DNA from: Narcine bancroftii
Taxonomy: Eukaryota
NCBI RefSeq assembly: GCF_036971445.1
Contig: NC_091476.1
Span: 81,902,001 to 81,966,000, forward strand
Direction of reading: 5' to 3'
DNA length: 64,000 nt
The notes under the pieces were generated by a model that was not told the DNA's origin, did no database searches, and saw only the letters and a program-made list of their open reading frames with translations. Positions within the stretch are counted from its first letter, which is position 1. Every line of letters begins with the position of its first letter. The position numbers and the translations under genes were made by a program. Of this stretch, positions 10,301 to 21,900 are shown one piece after another.

Positions 10301-12100
10301 GGGGCTTCACTCTGTCTCCCCGCCCCAGGAGTGTGTGAAGGGTTGGGGCTTTGCTCTGAGTCCCTGCCCCAGGTGTGTGTGATGGGACGGGACGGGGCAT
10401 CGCTCCGTGTGACGGAAGGGGCTTTGTTCCGTGTGACGGGACGGTGCTTCGCTCCGTGTGACGGGACGGGGCTTCGCTCCGTGTGACGGGACGGGGCTTC
10501 GCTCCATGTGACGTGACGGGGCTTCGCTCCGTGTGACGGGACGGGGCTTCGCTCCGTGTGACGGGACGGGGCTTTCCTCTGTGTGACGGGACGGGGCTTT
10601 GCTCCATGTGACACGACGGGGCTGCGCTCCGTGTGACGGAACGGGGCTGCGCTCTGTGTGATGGGACGGGGCTGCGCTCCGTGTGACGGGACGATGTCTT
10701 CTCTCGTTGTGACGGGACGGGGAATCTCTCCTCGTGACGGGACGGGGCTTCTCTCCTTGTGACGGGACGGGGCTTCGCTCCTTGTGACGGGACGGGGCTT
10801 CGCTCCTTGTGACAGGACGGGGCTTCGCTCCTTGTGACGGGACGGGGCTTCGCTCGTTGTGACGGACGGGGCTTCGCTCCTTGTGACAGGATGGGGCTTC
10901 GCTCCTTGTGACGGACGGGGCTTCGCTCCGTGTGACGGGACAGGGTGAGACTTTGCTCTGTGTGACGGGTCAGGGCTTTCTTTATTCTGTGTCCCTGCCT
11001 CGGGTGAGTGTGACGGGACGGTGCTTCGCTCTGTGTGACTGGACAGGGCTTCACTCTGTCTCCCCGCCCCTGGAGTGTTTGACGGGTCGGGGCGACGCTT
11101 TGTGTGACGGGACGTGGCGACGCTACGTGTCTCAGCCCCAGCATTGTGTAACGGGATGGCGCTTCACTCTCTGTCCCTGCCCCGGGAGTGTGACGGGACG
11201 AGGCTCCAGTCCATGTAAAGGGTCGGGGCTTCGCTCGTGTGACAGGAGTGGACGAGGCTTCGCTCCGTGTGACGGTACGGGGCTTCGCTCCGCGTGACGG
11301 ATCGGGGCTTTGCTCTGTGTCCCTGCCCCGGGAATGTGTGAAGAGTTGGGGCTTTGCTCTGTGTCTACACCCCAGGTATGTGTGACGGGACGGGCTTTGC
11401 TCTGTGTGACGGGACGGGGCTTCGCTCCGTGTGACGGGACGGGGCTTCGCTCCGTGTGACGGGATGGGACTTCGCTCCGTGTGACAGGACGGTGCTTCGG
11501 TCCGTGTCACGGGATGGGGTTCGCTCCGTGTGACGGGATGGGGCTTCGCTCCGTTTGACGGGACGGCGCTTTCCTCTGTGTGACGGGAAGGGGCTTTGCA
11601 CCGTGTGACGGGACGGTGCTGTGCTCCGTGTGACGGGACGGGGCTGCTCTCCGTGTGACGGGACGGGGCTGCGCTCCATGTGACTGGACGATGGCTTCTC
11701 TCCTTGTGACGGGACGGGGCATCTCTCCTCGTGACAGGACGGGGCTTCTCTCCTTGTGACGGGACGGGCCTTCGCTCCTTGTGACGGGACGGGGCTTCGC
11801 TCCGTGTGACGGGACAGGGTGAGACTTTGTTCTGTGTGACGGGTGAGGGCTCTGTTCTGTGTCCCTGCCTCGGGAGAGTGTGACGGGATGGTGCTTCGCT
11901 CTGTGTGACTGGACAGGACTTCACTCTGTCTCCCCGTCCCTGGAGCGTTTGACGGGACGGGGCGACCCTTTGTGTGACGGGACGTGGCGACGCTACGTGT
12001 CTCCGCCCCAGCATTGTGTGACGGGATGGCGCTTCACTCTCTGTCCCTGCCCCGGGAGTGTGACAGGACGGGGCTCCAGTCCGTATAAAGGGTCGGGGCT
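4360..12100 (+). repeat. Higher-order tandem repeat of about 3.45 kb, a little over 2 copies
   Basis: Offsets 4429/7872, 5489/8932, 5893/9336, 6754/10197, 8416/11859 = 3443; 4948/8416 = 3468; 7415/10908 and 7872/11365 = 3493. Shared rare variant GGACTTCGAACCTC near 6441 and 9884. Confidence 0.9.
5941..6260 (+). repeat. Cassette Y (paralog of cassette X), representative copy; about 27 copies in the window
   Basis: Landmarks TGTTTCACCGCCCCTGGAGTTTTTG ... GCGATGCTACGTGCC ... CAGCATTGTGCGA ... TATAGGGG ... GGGAGAGGACGAGGATTTGCTCTGCGTAA. Colinear with X from its CCCCGTCCCTGGAG monomer onward. Confidence 0.9.
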
Positions 12101-15100
12101 TCGCTCCGTGGGACGGGAGTGGACGAGGCTTTGCTCTGTGTGACGTAAAGGGGATTTACTCTGTGTCCCTGCCCCGGGAGTGTGTGAAGGGTTGGGGCTT
12201 TGTTCTGTGTGACGGGATGGGTCTTCACTCTGTGTGAAGGGACGGGGCTTCTCTCTGTGTGACGAGACGGGGCTTCGCTCCTCGTGACGGGACGGGGCTT
12301 CGCTGCTCGTGATGGGACCGGGCTTCGCTCCTCGTGACGGGACAGGGCTTCGCTCCTCGTGACGGGACGGGGCTTCGCTCCATGTGACGGGACGGGGCTT
12401 CGCTCCACGTGACGGATCGGGGCTTTGCTCTGCGTCCCTGCCCCGGGAATGTGTGAAGGGTTGGGGCTTTGCTCTGTGTCAACACCCCAGGTATGTGTGA
12501 CGGGACGGGGCTTTGCTCTGGGTGACGGGACGGCTTTGCTCTGTGGGACGGGACGGGGATTTGCTCTGCGTGACGGCACGGGGCTTTGCTCTGTGTGACC
12601 TGTAGGGGATTTGCTCTGTGGGACAGGACGGGGTTTGCTCTGTGTGACGGGATGGGTCTTCACTCTGTTTGACGGGAACGGGCTTCTCTCTGTGTGAAGG
12701 GACGGGGCTTTGCTCTGTGTGACGGGACGGGGCTTTGATCTGCGTGACGGGACGGGGCTTTGCTCTGTGTGACGGGAAGTGGATTTGCTCTGTGTGACAG
12801 GACGGGGTTTGCTCTGTGTGACGGGATGGGTCTTCACTCTGTGTGATGGGAAGGGGATTCTATCTGTGTGAAGGGACGGGGCTTCACTCCGTGTGACGGA
12901 TAGGGGCTTCGCTCCGTGTGACGGGAGAGGACGAGGATTTGCTCTGCGTAATGGGACAGGTCCTTGTTGTTTGTGACGGGACCGGGATTACTTTGTGTCC
13001 CGGCCCCGGGAGTGTGTGAAGGGTTGGAGCTTTGCTCTGTGTCCCCACCCCAGGTTTGTGTGACGGGATGGGGCTTTGCTCTGTGTGACGGGACGGGGCT
13101 ACTCTCTGTGTGACGAGACGGGGCTTCGCTCCACGTGATGGGATGGGGCTTCGCACCTCGTGACGGGACGGGGCTTCGCTCCTCGTGACGGGAAGGGGCT
13201 TCGGTCCGTGTGACGGGACGGGGCTTCGCTCTGCGTAACGGGACGCGGTTTCACTCTGTTTCACCGCCCCTGGAGTTTTTGGCGGGACGGGGCGACGCTT
13301 TGTGTGATGGGACGGGGCGATGCTACGTGCCTCCGCCCCAGCATTGTGCGACGGGATGTTGCTTCACTCTCTTCCCTGCCCCGGGAGTGTGACGGGACGG
13401 GGCTTCGCTCCGTGTGACGTATAGGGGCTTCGCTCCGTGTGACGGGAGAGGACGAGGATTTGCTCTGCGTAACGGGACAGGGCCTCGCTCTTTGTGACGG
13501 GACCGGGATTTACTCTGTGTCCCGGCCCCGGGAGTGTGTGAAGGGTTGGAGCTTTGCTCTGTGTCCCCACCCCAGGTTTGTGTAACGGTATGGGGCTTTG
13601 CTCTGTGTGAGGGGACGGGGCTTTGCTCTGTGTGACGGGACGGGGCTTTGCTCTGTGTGACGGGATGGGTCTTCACTCTGTGTGACGGGACGGGGCTTCT
13701 CTCTGTGTGACGAGACGGGGCTTCGCTCCTCGTGACGGGACGGGGCTTTCCTCTGTGTGACGGGTCGGGGATTTGCTCCACGTGACGGGACGGGGCTGCG
13801 CTCCGTGTGATGGGACGGGGCTGCGCTCCGTGTGACGGGACGGGGCTGCGCTCCGTGTGAAGGGACGATGTCTTCTCTCGTTGTGACGGGACGGGGAATC
13901 TCTCCTCGTGACGGGACGGGGCTTCTCTCCTTGTGACGGGACGGGGCTTCGCTCCTTGTGACGGGTCGGGGCTTCGCTCCTTGGGACGGACGGGGCTTCG
14001 CTCCGTGTGACGGGACAGGGTGAGACTTTGCTCTGTGTGACGGGTCAGGGCTTTATTCTGTGTCCCTGCCTCGGGTGTGTGTGACGGGACGGTGCTTCGC
14101 TCTGTGTGACTGGACAGGGCTTCACTCTGTCTCCCCGCCACTGGAGTGTTTGACGGGACGGGGCGACGCTTTGTGTGACGGACGTGGCGACACTACGTGT
14201 CTCAGCCCCAGCATTGTTTGACGGGATGGCGCTTCACTCTCTGTCCCTGCCCCGGGAGTGTGACGGGACGGGGCTCCAGTCCGTGTAAAGGGTCGGGGCT
14301 TCGCTCCGCGTGACGGGAGTGGACGATGCTTCGCTCCTCGTGACTGGACGGGGCTTCGCTCCTCGTGACGGGACGGGGCTTCGCTCCTCGTCAAGGGACG
14401 GGGCTTCTTTCCTCGTGACAGACGGGGCTTCGCTCCTCGTGACGGGACGGGGCTTCGCTCCTTGTGACGGGACGGGGCTTCGCTCCTTGTCCCTGCCATG
14501 GGAGTGTGTGACGGGAAGGGCTTCGCTCTGTATGACGGTATGGGGCTTCACTCTGTCTCCCCGCCCCAGAAGTGTGTGAAGGGTTGGGGCTTTGCTCTGA
14601 GTCCCTGCCCCAGGTGTGTGTGATGGGACGGGACGGGACATCGCTCCGTGTGACGGAATGGGCTTCGTTCCGTGTGACGGGACGGGGCTTCGCTCCGTGT
14701 GACGGGACGGGGATTCGCTCTGTGTGACGGGATGGGGCTGCGCTCTGTGTGACGGGACGGGGCTGCGCTCCGTGTGACGGGACGATGTCTTCTCTCGTTG
14801 TGACGGGACGGGGAATCTCTCCTCGTGACGGGACGGGGCTTCTCTCCTCGTGACGGGACGGGGCTTCGCTCCTTGTGACGGGACGGGGTTTCGCTCCGTG
14901 TGACGGGACGGGGTTTCGCTCCGTGTGACGGGACGGGGCTTCGCTCCTTGTGACGGGACGGGGCTTCGCTCCGTGTGACGGGACGGGGCTTCACTCCGTG
15001 TGACTGGACGGGGCTTTCCTCTGTGTGACGGGACGGGGCTTTGCTCCACGTGACGGGACGGGGCTGCGCTCCGTGTGACGGGACGGGGCTGCGCTCTGTG

Positions 15101-15199
15101 TGACGGGACGGGGCTGCGCTCCGTGTGACGGGACGATGTCTTCTCCCGTTGTGACGGGACGGGGAATCTCTCCTCGTGACGGGACGGGGCTTCTCTCCT

Positions 15200-18100
15200 C
15201 GTGACGGGACGGGGCTTCGCTCCTTGTGACGGGACGGGGCTTCTCTCCGTGTGACGGGACAGTGTGAGACTTTGCTCTGTGTGACGGGTCAGGGCTTCAT
15301 TCTGTGTCCTTGCCTCGGGAGAGTGTGACGGGACTGTGCTTCGCTCTGTGTGACTGGACAGGGCTTCCCTCTGTCTCCCCACCCATGGAGTGTTTGACGG
15401 GACGGGGCGACGGTTTGTGTGACGGGACGTGGCGACGCTACGTGTCTCCGCCCCAGCATTGTGTGACGGGATGGCGCTTCACTCTCTGTCCCTGCCCCGC
15501 GAGTGTGACGGGACGGGAATCCAGTCCGTGTAAAGGGTCGGGGCTTCGCTCCGTGTGACGGGAGTGGACGAGGCTTCGCTCCGTGTGACGGGACGGGGCT
15601 TCGCTCCGCGTGACGGATCAGGACTTTGCTCTGTGTCCCTGCCCCGGGAATGTGTGAAGGGTTGGGGCTTTGCTCTGTGTCTACACCCCAGGTATTTGTG
15701 ACGGGACGGGGCTTTGCTCTGTGTGACGGGATGGGCTTTGCTCTGTGTGACGGGACGGGGCTTTGATCTGCGTGACGGGACGGGGCTTTGCTCTGTGTGA
15801 CGGGAAGGGGATTTGCTCTGTGTGACAGGACGGGGTTTGCTCTGTGTGACGGGATGGGTCTTCACTCTGTGTGACGGGAAGTGGCTTCTCTCTGTGTGAA
15901 GGGACGGGGCTTCGCTCTATGTGACGGGACAGGAATTTGCTCCATGTGACGGGTCGGGTCTTCGCAGTGTGTGACGGGACGGTGCTTCGCTCCGTGTGAC
16001 GGGACGTGGCTTCGATCCGTATGACAGGACGGGGCTTCACTCTGCGTGACGGGACGCGGCTTCACTCTGTTTCACCGCCCCAGGAGTTTTTGACGGGACG
16101 GGGCGACGCTTTGTGTGATGGGACGGGGCGATGCTACGTGCCTTCGCCCCAGCATTGTGCGACGGGATGGTGCTTCACTCTCTGTCCCTGCCCCGGGAGT
16201 GTGACGGGACGGGGCTTCGCTCCGTGTGACGTGTGACGTATAGGGGCTTAGCTCCGTGTGTCGGGAGAGGACGAGGATTTGCTCTGCGTAACGGGACAGG
16301 GCCACGCTCTTTGTGACGGGACCGGGATTTACTCTGTGTCCCGGCCCCGTGAGTGTGTGAAGGGTTGGAGCTTTGCTCTGTGTCCCCACCCCAGGTTTGT
16401 GTGACGGGATGGGGCTTTGCTCTGTGTGACGGGACTGGGCTTTGCTCTGTGTGACGGGATGGGGCTTAGCTCCGTGTGGCGGGACGGGGCTTTCCTCCAT
16501 GTGATGGGACGGGGCTTTGCTCCATGTGACGGGACGGGGCTGCGTTCCGTGTGACGGGACTGGGCTGCGCTCCGTGTGACGGGACGGGGCTGCGCTCCTT
16601 GTGACGGGACGATGGCTTCTCTCCTAGTGACGGGACGGGGCATCTCTCCTCGTGACGGGACAGGGCTTCTCTCCTTGTGACGGGACTGGGCTGCGCTCCG
16701 TGTGACGGGACGGGGCTGCGCTCCTTGTGACGGGACGATGGCTTCTCTCCTAGTGACGGGACGGGGCATCTCTCCTCGTGACGGGACGGGGCTTCGCTCC
16801 GTGTGACGGGACAGGGTGAGACTTTGCTCTGTGTGACGGGTCAGGGCTTCATTCTGTGTCCCTGCCTCGGGAGAGCGTGACGGGACTGTGCTTCGCTCTG
16901 TGTGACTGGACAGGGCTTCCCTCTGTCTCCCCACCCATGGAGTGTTTGACTGGACGGGGCGACGGTTTGTGTGACGGGACGTGGCGACGCTACGTGTCTC
17001 CGCCCCAGCATTGTGTGACGGGATGGCGCTTCACTCTCTGTCCCTGCCACGCGAGTGTGACGGGATGGGAATCCAGTCCGTGTAAAGGGTCGGGTCTTCG
17101 CTCCGTGTGACGGGAGTGGGCGAGGCTTCGCTCCGTGTGACGGGACGGGGCTTCGCTCCGCGTGACGGATCAGGACTTTGCTCTGTGTCCCTGCCCCGGG
17201 AATGTGTTAAGGGTTGGGGCTTTGCTCTGTGTCTACACCCCAGGTATTTGTGACGGGACGGGGCTTTGCTCTGTGTGACGGGACGGGCTTTGCTCTGTGT
17301 GACGGAACGGGGCTTTGATCTGCGTGACGCGACGGGGCTTTGCTCTGTGTGACGGGAAGGGGATTTGCTCTGTGTGACAGGACGGGGTTTGCTCTGTGTG
17401 ACGGGATGGGTCTTCACTCTGTGTGACGGGAAGTGGCTTCTCTCTGTGTGAAGGGACGGGGCTTTGCTCTGTGTGACGGGACGGGGCTTTGATCTGCGTG
17501 ACGGGACGGGGCTTTGCTCTGTGTGACGGGAAGTGGATTTGCTCTGTGTGACAGGACGGGGTTTGCTCTGTGTGACGGGATGGGTCTTCACTCTGTGTGA
17601 TGGGAAGGGGATTCTATCTGTGTGAAGGGACGGGGCTTCACTCCGTGTGACGGATAGGGGCTTCGCTCCGTGTGACGGGAGAGGACGAGGATTTGCTCTG
17701 CGTAACGGGACAGGTCCTTGTTGTTTGTGACGGGACCGGGATTACTTTGTGTCCCGGCCCCGGGAGTGTGTGAAGGGTTGGAGCTTTGCTCTGTGTCCCC
17801 ACCCCAGGTTTGTGTGACGGGATGGGGCTTAGCTCCGTGTGGCGGGACGGGGCTTTCCTCCATGTGATGTGACGGTGGCTTCTCTCCTAGAGACGGGACG
17901 GGGCATCTCTCCTCGTGACGGGACAGGGCTTCTCTCCTTGTGACGGGACGGGGCTTCGCTCCTTGTGACGGTACGGGGCTTCGCTCCGTGTGACGGGACA
18001 GGGTGAGACTTTGCTCTGTGTGACGGGTCAGGGCTTCATTCTGTGTCCCTGCCTCGGGAGAGTGTGACGGGACTGTGCTTCGCTCTGTGTGACTGGACAG

Positions 18101-21100
18101 GGCTTCGCTCCGCGTGACGGGAGTGGACGATGCTTCGCTCCGTGTGACGGGACGTGGCTTCGCTCCGCGTGACGGATCGGGGCTTTGCTCTGTTTCCCTG
18201 CCCCGGGAATGTGTGAAGGGTTGGGGCTTTGCTCTGTGTCTACACCCCAGGTATGTGTGATGGGACGCGGCTTTGCTCTGCGTGACGGGACCGGGCTTTG
18301 CTCTGTGTGACGGTAAGGTGATTTGCTCTGTGTGACAGGACGGGGTTTGCTCTGTATGACGGGATGGGTCTTCACTTTGTGTGATGGGAAGGGGATTCTA
18401 TCTGTGTGATGGGACGGGGCTTCACTCCGTGTGACGGATAGGGGCTTCGCTCCGTGTGACGGGAGAGGACGAGGATTTGCTCTGCGTAACGGGACAGGGC
18501 CTTGTTGTTTGTGACGGGACCGGGATTACTTTGTGTCCCGGCCCCGGGAGTGTGTGAAGGGTTGGAGCTTTGCTCTGTGTCCCCACCCCAGGTTTGTGTG
18601 ACGGGATGGGGCTTTGCTCTGTGTGACGGGACGGGGCTACTCTCTGTGTGACGAGACGGGGCTTCCCTCCACGTGATGGGATGGGGCTTCGCACCTCGTG
18701 ACGGGACGGGGCTTCGCTCCTCGTGACGGGACGGGGCTTCGCTCCTCGTGACGGGACGGGGCTTCGCTCCTTGTCCCTGCCATGGGAGTGTGTGACGGGA
18801 AGGGGCTTCGCTCTGTGTGACGGTATGGGGCTTCACTCTGTCTCCACGCCCCAGGAGTGTGTGAAGGGTTGGGGCTTTGCTCTGAGTCCCTGCCCCAGGT
18901 GTGTGTGACGGGACGGGACGGGGCTTCTCTCTGTGTGACGGAAGGGGCTTCGTTCCGTGTGACGGGACGGGCCTTCGCTCCGCGTGACGGAACGGGGTTT
19001 CGCTCCGTGTGATGGGACGGGGCTTGGCTCCGTGTGACGGGACGGGGCTTCGCTCCGTGTGACGGGACGGTGGTTCGGTCCGTGTGACGGGATGGGCTTC
19101 GCTCCGTGTGACGGGATGGGGCTTAGCTCCGTGTGGCGGGACGGGGCTGCGTTCCGTGTGACGGGACTGGGCTGCGTTCCGTGTGACGGGACGGGGCTGC
19201 ACTCCTTGTGACTGGACGATGGCTTCTCTCCTAGTGACGGGATGGGGCATCTCTCCTCGTGACGGGACAGGGCTTCTCTCCTCGTGACGGGACGGGGCTT
19301 CGCTCCTTGTGACGGGACGGGGCTTCGCTCCTTGTGACGGGACGGGGCTTCGCTCCGTGTGACGGGACAGGGTGAGACTTTGCTCTGTGTGATGGGTCAG
19401 GGCTTCATTCTGTGTCCCTGCCTCGGGAGAGTGTGACGGGACTGTGCTTCGCTCTGTGTGACTGGACAGGGCTTCCCTCTGTCTCCCCACCCATGGAGTG
19501 TTTGACGGGACGGGGCGACGGTTTGTGTGACGGGACGTGGCGACGCTACGTGTCTCCGCCCCAGCATTGTGTGACGGGATGGCGCTTCACTCTCTGTCCC
19601 TGCCCCGCGAGTGTGACGGGACGGGAATCCAGTCCGTGTAAAGGGTCGGGGCTTCGCTCCGTGTGACGGGAGTGGACGAGGCTTCGCTCCGTGTGACGGG
19701 ACGGGGCTTCGCTCCGCGTGACGGATCAGGACTTTGCTCTGTGTCCCTGCCCCGGGAATGTGTGAAGGGTTGGGGCTTTGCTCTGTGTCTACACCCCAGG
19801 TATTTGTGACGGGACGGGGCTTTGCTCTGTGTGACGGGACGGGCTTTGCTCTGTGTGACGGGACGGGGCTTTGATCTGCGTGACGGGACGGGGCTTTGCT
19901 CTGTGTGACGGGAAGGGGATTTGCTCTGTGTGACAGGACGGGGTTTGCTCTGTGTGACGGGATGGGTCTTCACTCTGTGTGACGGGAAGTGGCTTCTCTC
20001 TGTGTGAAGGGACGGGGCTTCGCTCTACGTGACGGGACAGGACTTTGCTCCATGTGACGGGTCGGGTCTTCGCAGTGTGTGACGGGACGGTGCTTCGCTC
20101 CGTGTGACGGGACGTGGCTTCGATCCGTATGACAGTACGGGGCTTCACTCTGCGTGACGGGACGCGGCTTCACTCTGTTTCACCGCCCCAGGAGTTTTTG
20201 ACGGGACGGGGCGACGCTTTGTGTGATGGGACGGGGCGATGCTACGTGCCTTCGCCCCAGCATTGTGCGATGGGATGGTGCTTCACTCTCTGTCCCTGCC
20301 CCGGGAGTGTGACGGGACGGGGCTTCGCTCCGTGGGACGTGTGACGTATAGGGGCTTCGCTCCGTGTGTCGGGAGAGGACGAGGATTTGCTCTGCGTAAC
20401 GGGACAGGGCCACGCTCTTCGTGACGGGACCGGGATTTACTCTGTGTCCCGGCCCCGTGAGTGTGTGAAGGGTTGGAGCTTTGCTCTGAGTCCCCACCCC
20501 AGGTTTGTGTGACGGGATGGGGCTTTGCTCTGTGTGACGGGACTGGGCTTTGCTCTGTGTGACGGGATGGGGCTTAGCTCCGTGTGGCGGGACGGGGCTT
20601 TCCTCCATGTGATGGGACGGGGCTTTGCTCCATGTGACGGGACGGGGCTGCGTTCCGTGTGACGGGACTGGGCTGCGCTCCGTGTGACGGGAAGGGGCTG
20701 CGCTCCTTGTGACGGGACGATGGCTTCTCTCCTAGTGACGGGACGGGGCATCTCTCCTCGTGACGGGACAGGGCTTCTCTCCTTGTGACGGGACGGGGCT
20801 TCGCTCCTTGTGACGGGACGGGGCTTCGCTCCTTGTGACGGGACGGGGCTTCGCTCCGTGTGACGGGACAGGGTGAGACTTTGCTCTGCGTGACGGGTCA
20901 GGGCTTCATTCTGTGTCCCTGCCTCGGGAGAGCGTGACGGGACTGTGCTTCGCTCTGAGTGACTGGACAGGGTTTCCCTCTGTCTCCCCACCCATGGAGT
21001 GTTTGACTGGACGGGGCGACGGTTTGTGTGACGGGACGTGGCGACGCTACGTGTCTCCGCCCCAGCATTGTGTGACGGGATGGCGCTTCACTCTCTGTCC

Positions 21101-21900
21101 CTGCCCCGCGAGTGTGACGGGACGGGAATCCAGTCCGTGTAAAGGGTCGGGTCTTCGCTCCGTGTGACGGGAGTGGACGAGGCTTCACTCCGTGTGACGG
21201 GACGGGGCTTCGCTCCGCGTGACGGATCAGGACTTTGCTCTGTGTCCCTGCCCCGGGAATGTGTGAAGGGTTGTGGCTTTGCTCTGTGTCTACACCCCAG
21301 GTATTTGTGACGGGACGGGGCTTTGCTCTGTGTGACGGGACGGGCTTTGCTCTGTGTGACGGGACGGGGCTTTGATCTGCGTGACGGGACGGGGCTTTGC
21401 TCTGTGTGACGGGAAGGGGATTTGCTCTGTGTGACAGGACGGGGTTTGCTCTGTGTGACGGGATGGGTCTTCACTCTGTGTGACGGGAAGTGGCTTCTCT
21501 CTGTGTGAAGGGACGGGGCTTTGCTCTGTGTGACGGGACGGGGCTTTGATCTGCGTGACGGGACGGGGCTTTGCTCTGTGTGACGGGAAGTGGATTTGCT
21601 CTGTGTGACAGGACGGGGTTTGCTCTGTGTGACGGGATGGGTCTTCACTCTGTGTGATGGGAAGGGGATTCTATCTGTGTGAAGGGACGGGACTTCACTC
21701 CGTGTGACGGATAGGGGCTTCGCTCCGTGTGACGGGAGAGGACGAGGATTTGCTCTGCGTAACGGGACAGGTCCTTGTTGTTTGTGACGGGACCGGGATT
21801 ACTTTGTGTCCCGGCCCCGGGAGTGTGTGAAGCGTTGGAGCTTTGCTCTGTGTCCCCACCCCAGGTTTGTGTGACGGGATGGGGCTTTGATCTGTGTGAC
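15200..21900 (+). repeat. Higher-order duplication of about 4.1 kb, second copy partial
   Basis: Offsets 15304/19412, 16006/20114, 16072/20180 = 4108; 16856/20913 and 17588/21645 = 4057. Confidence 0.82.
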
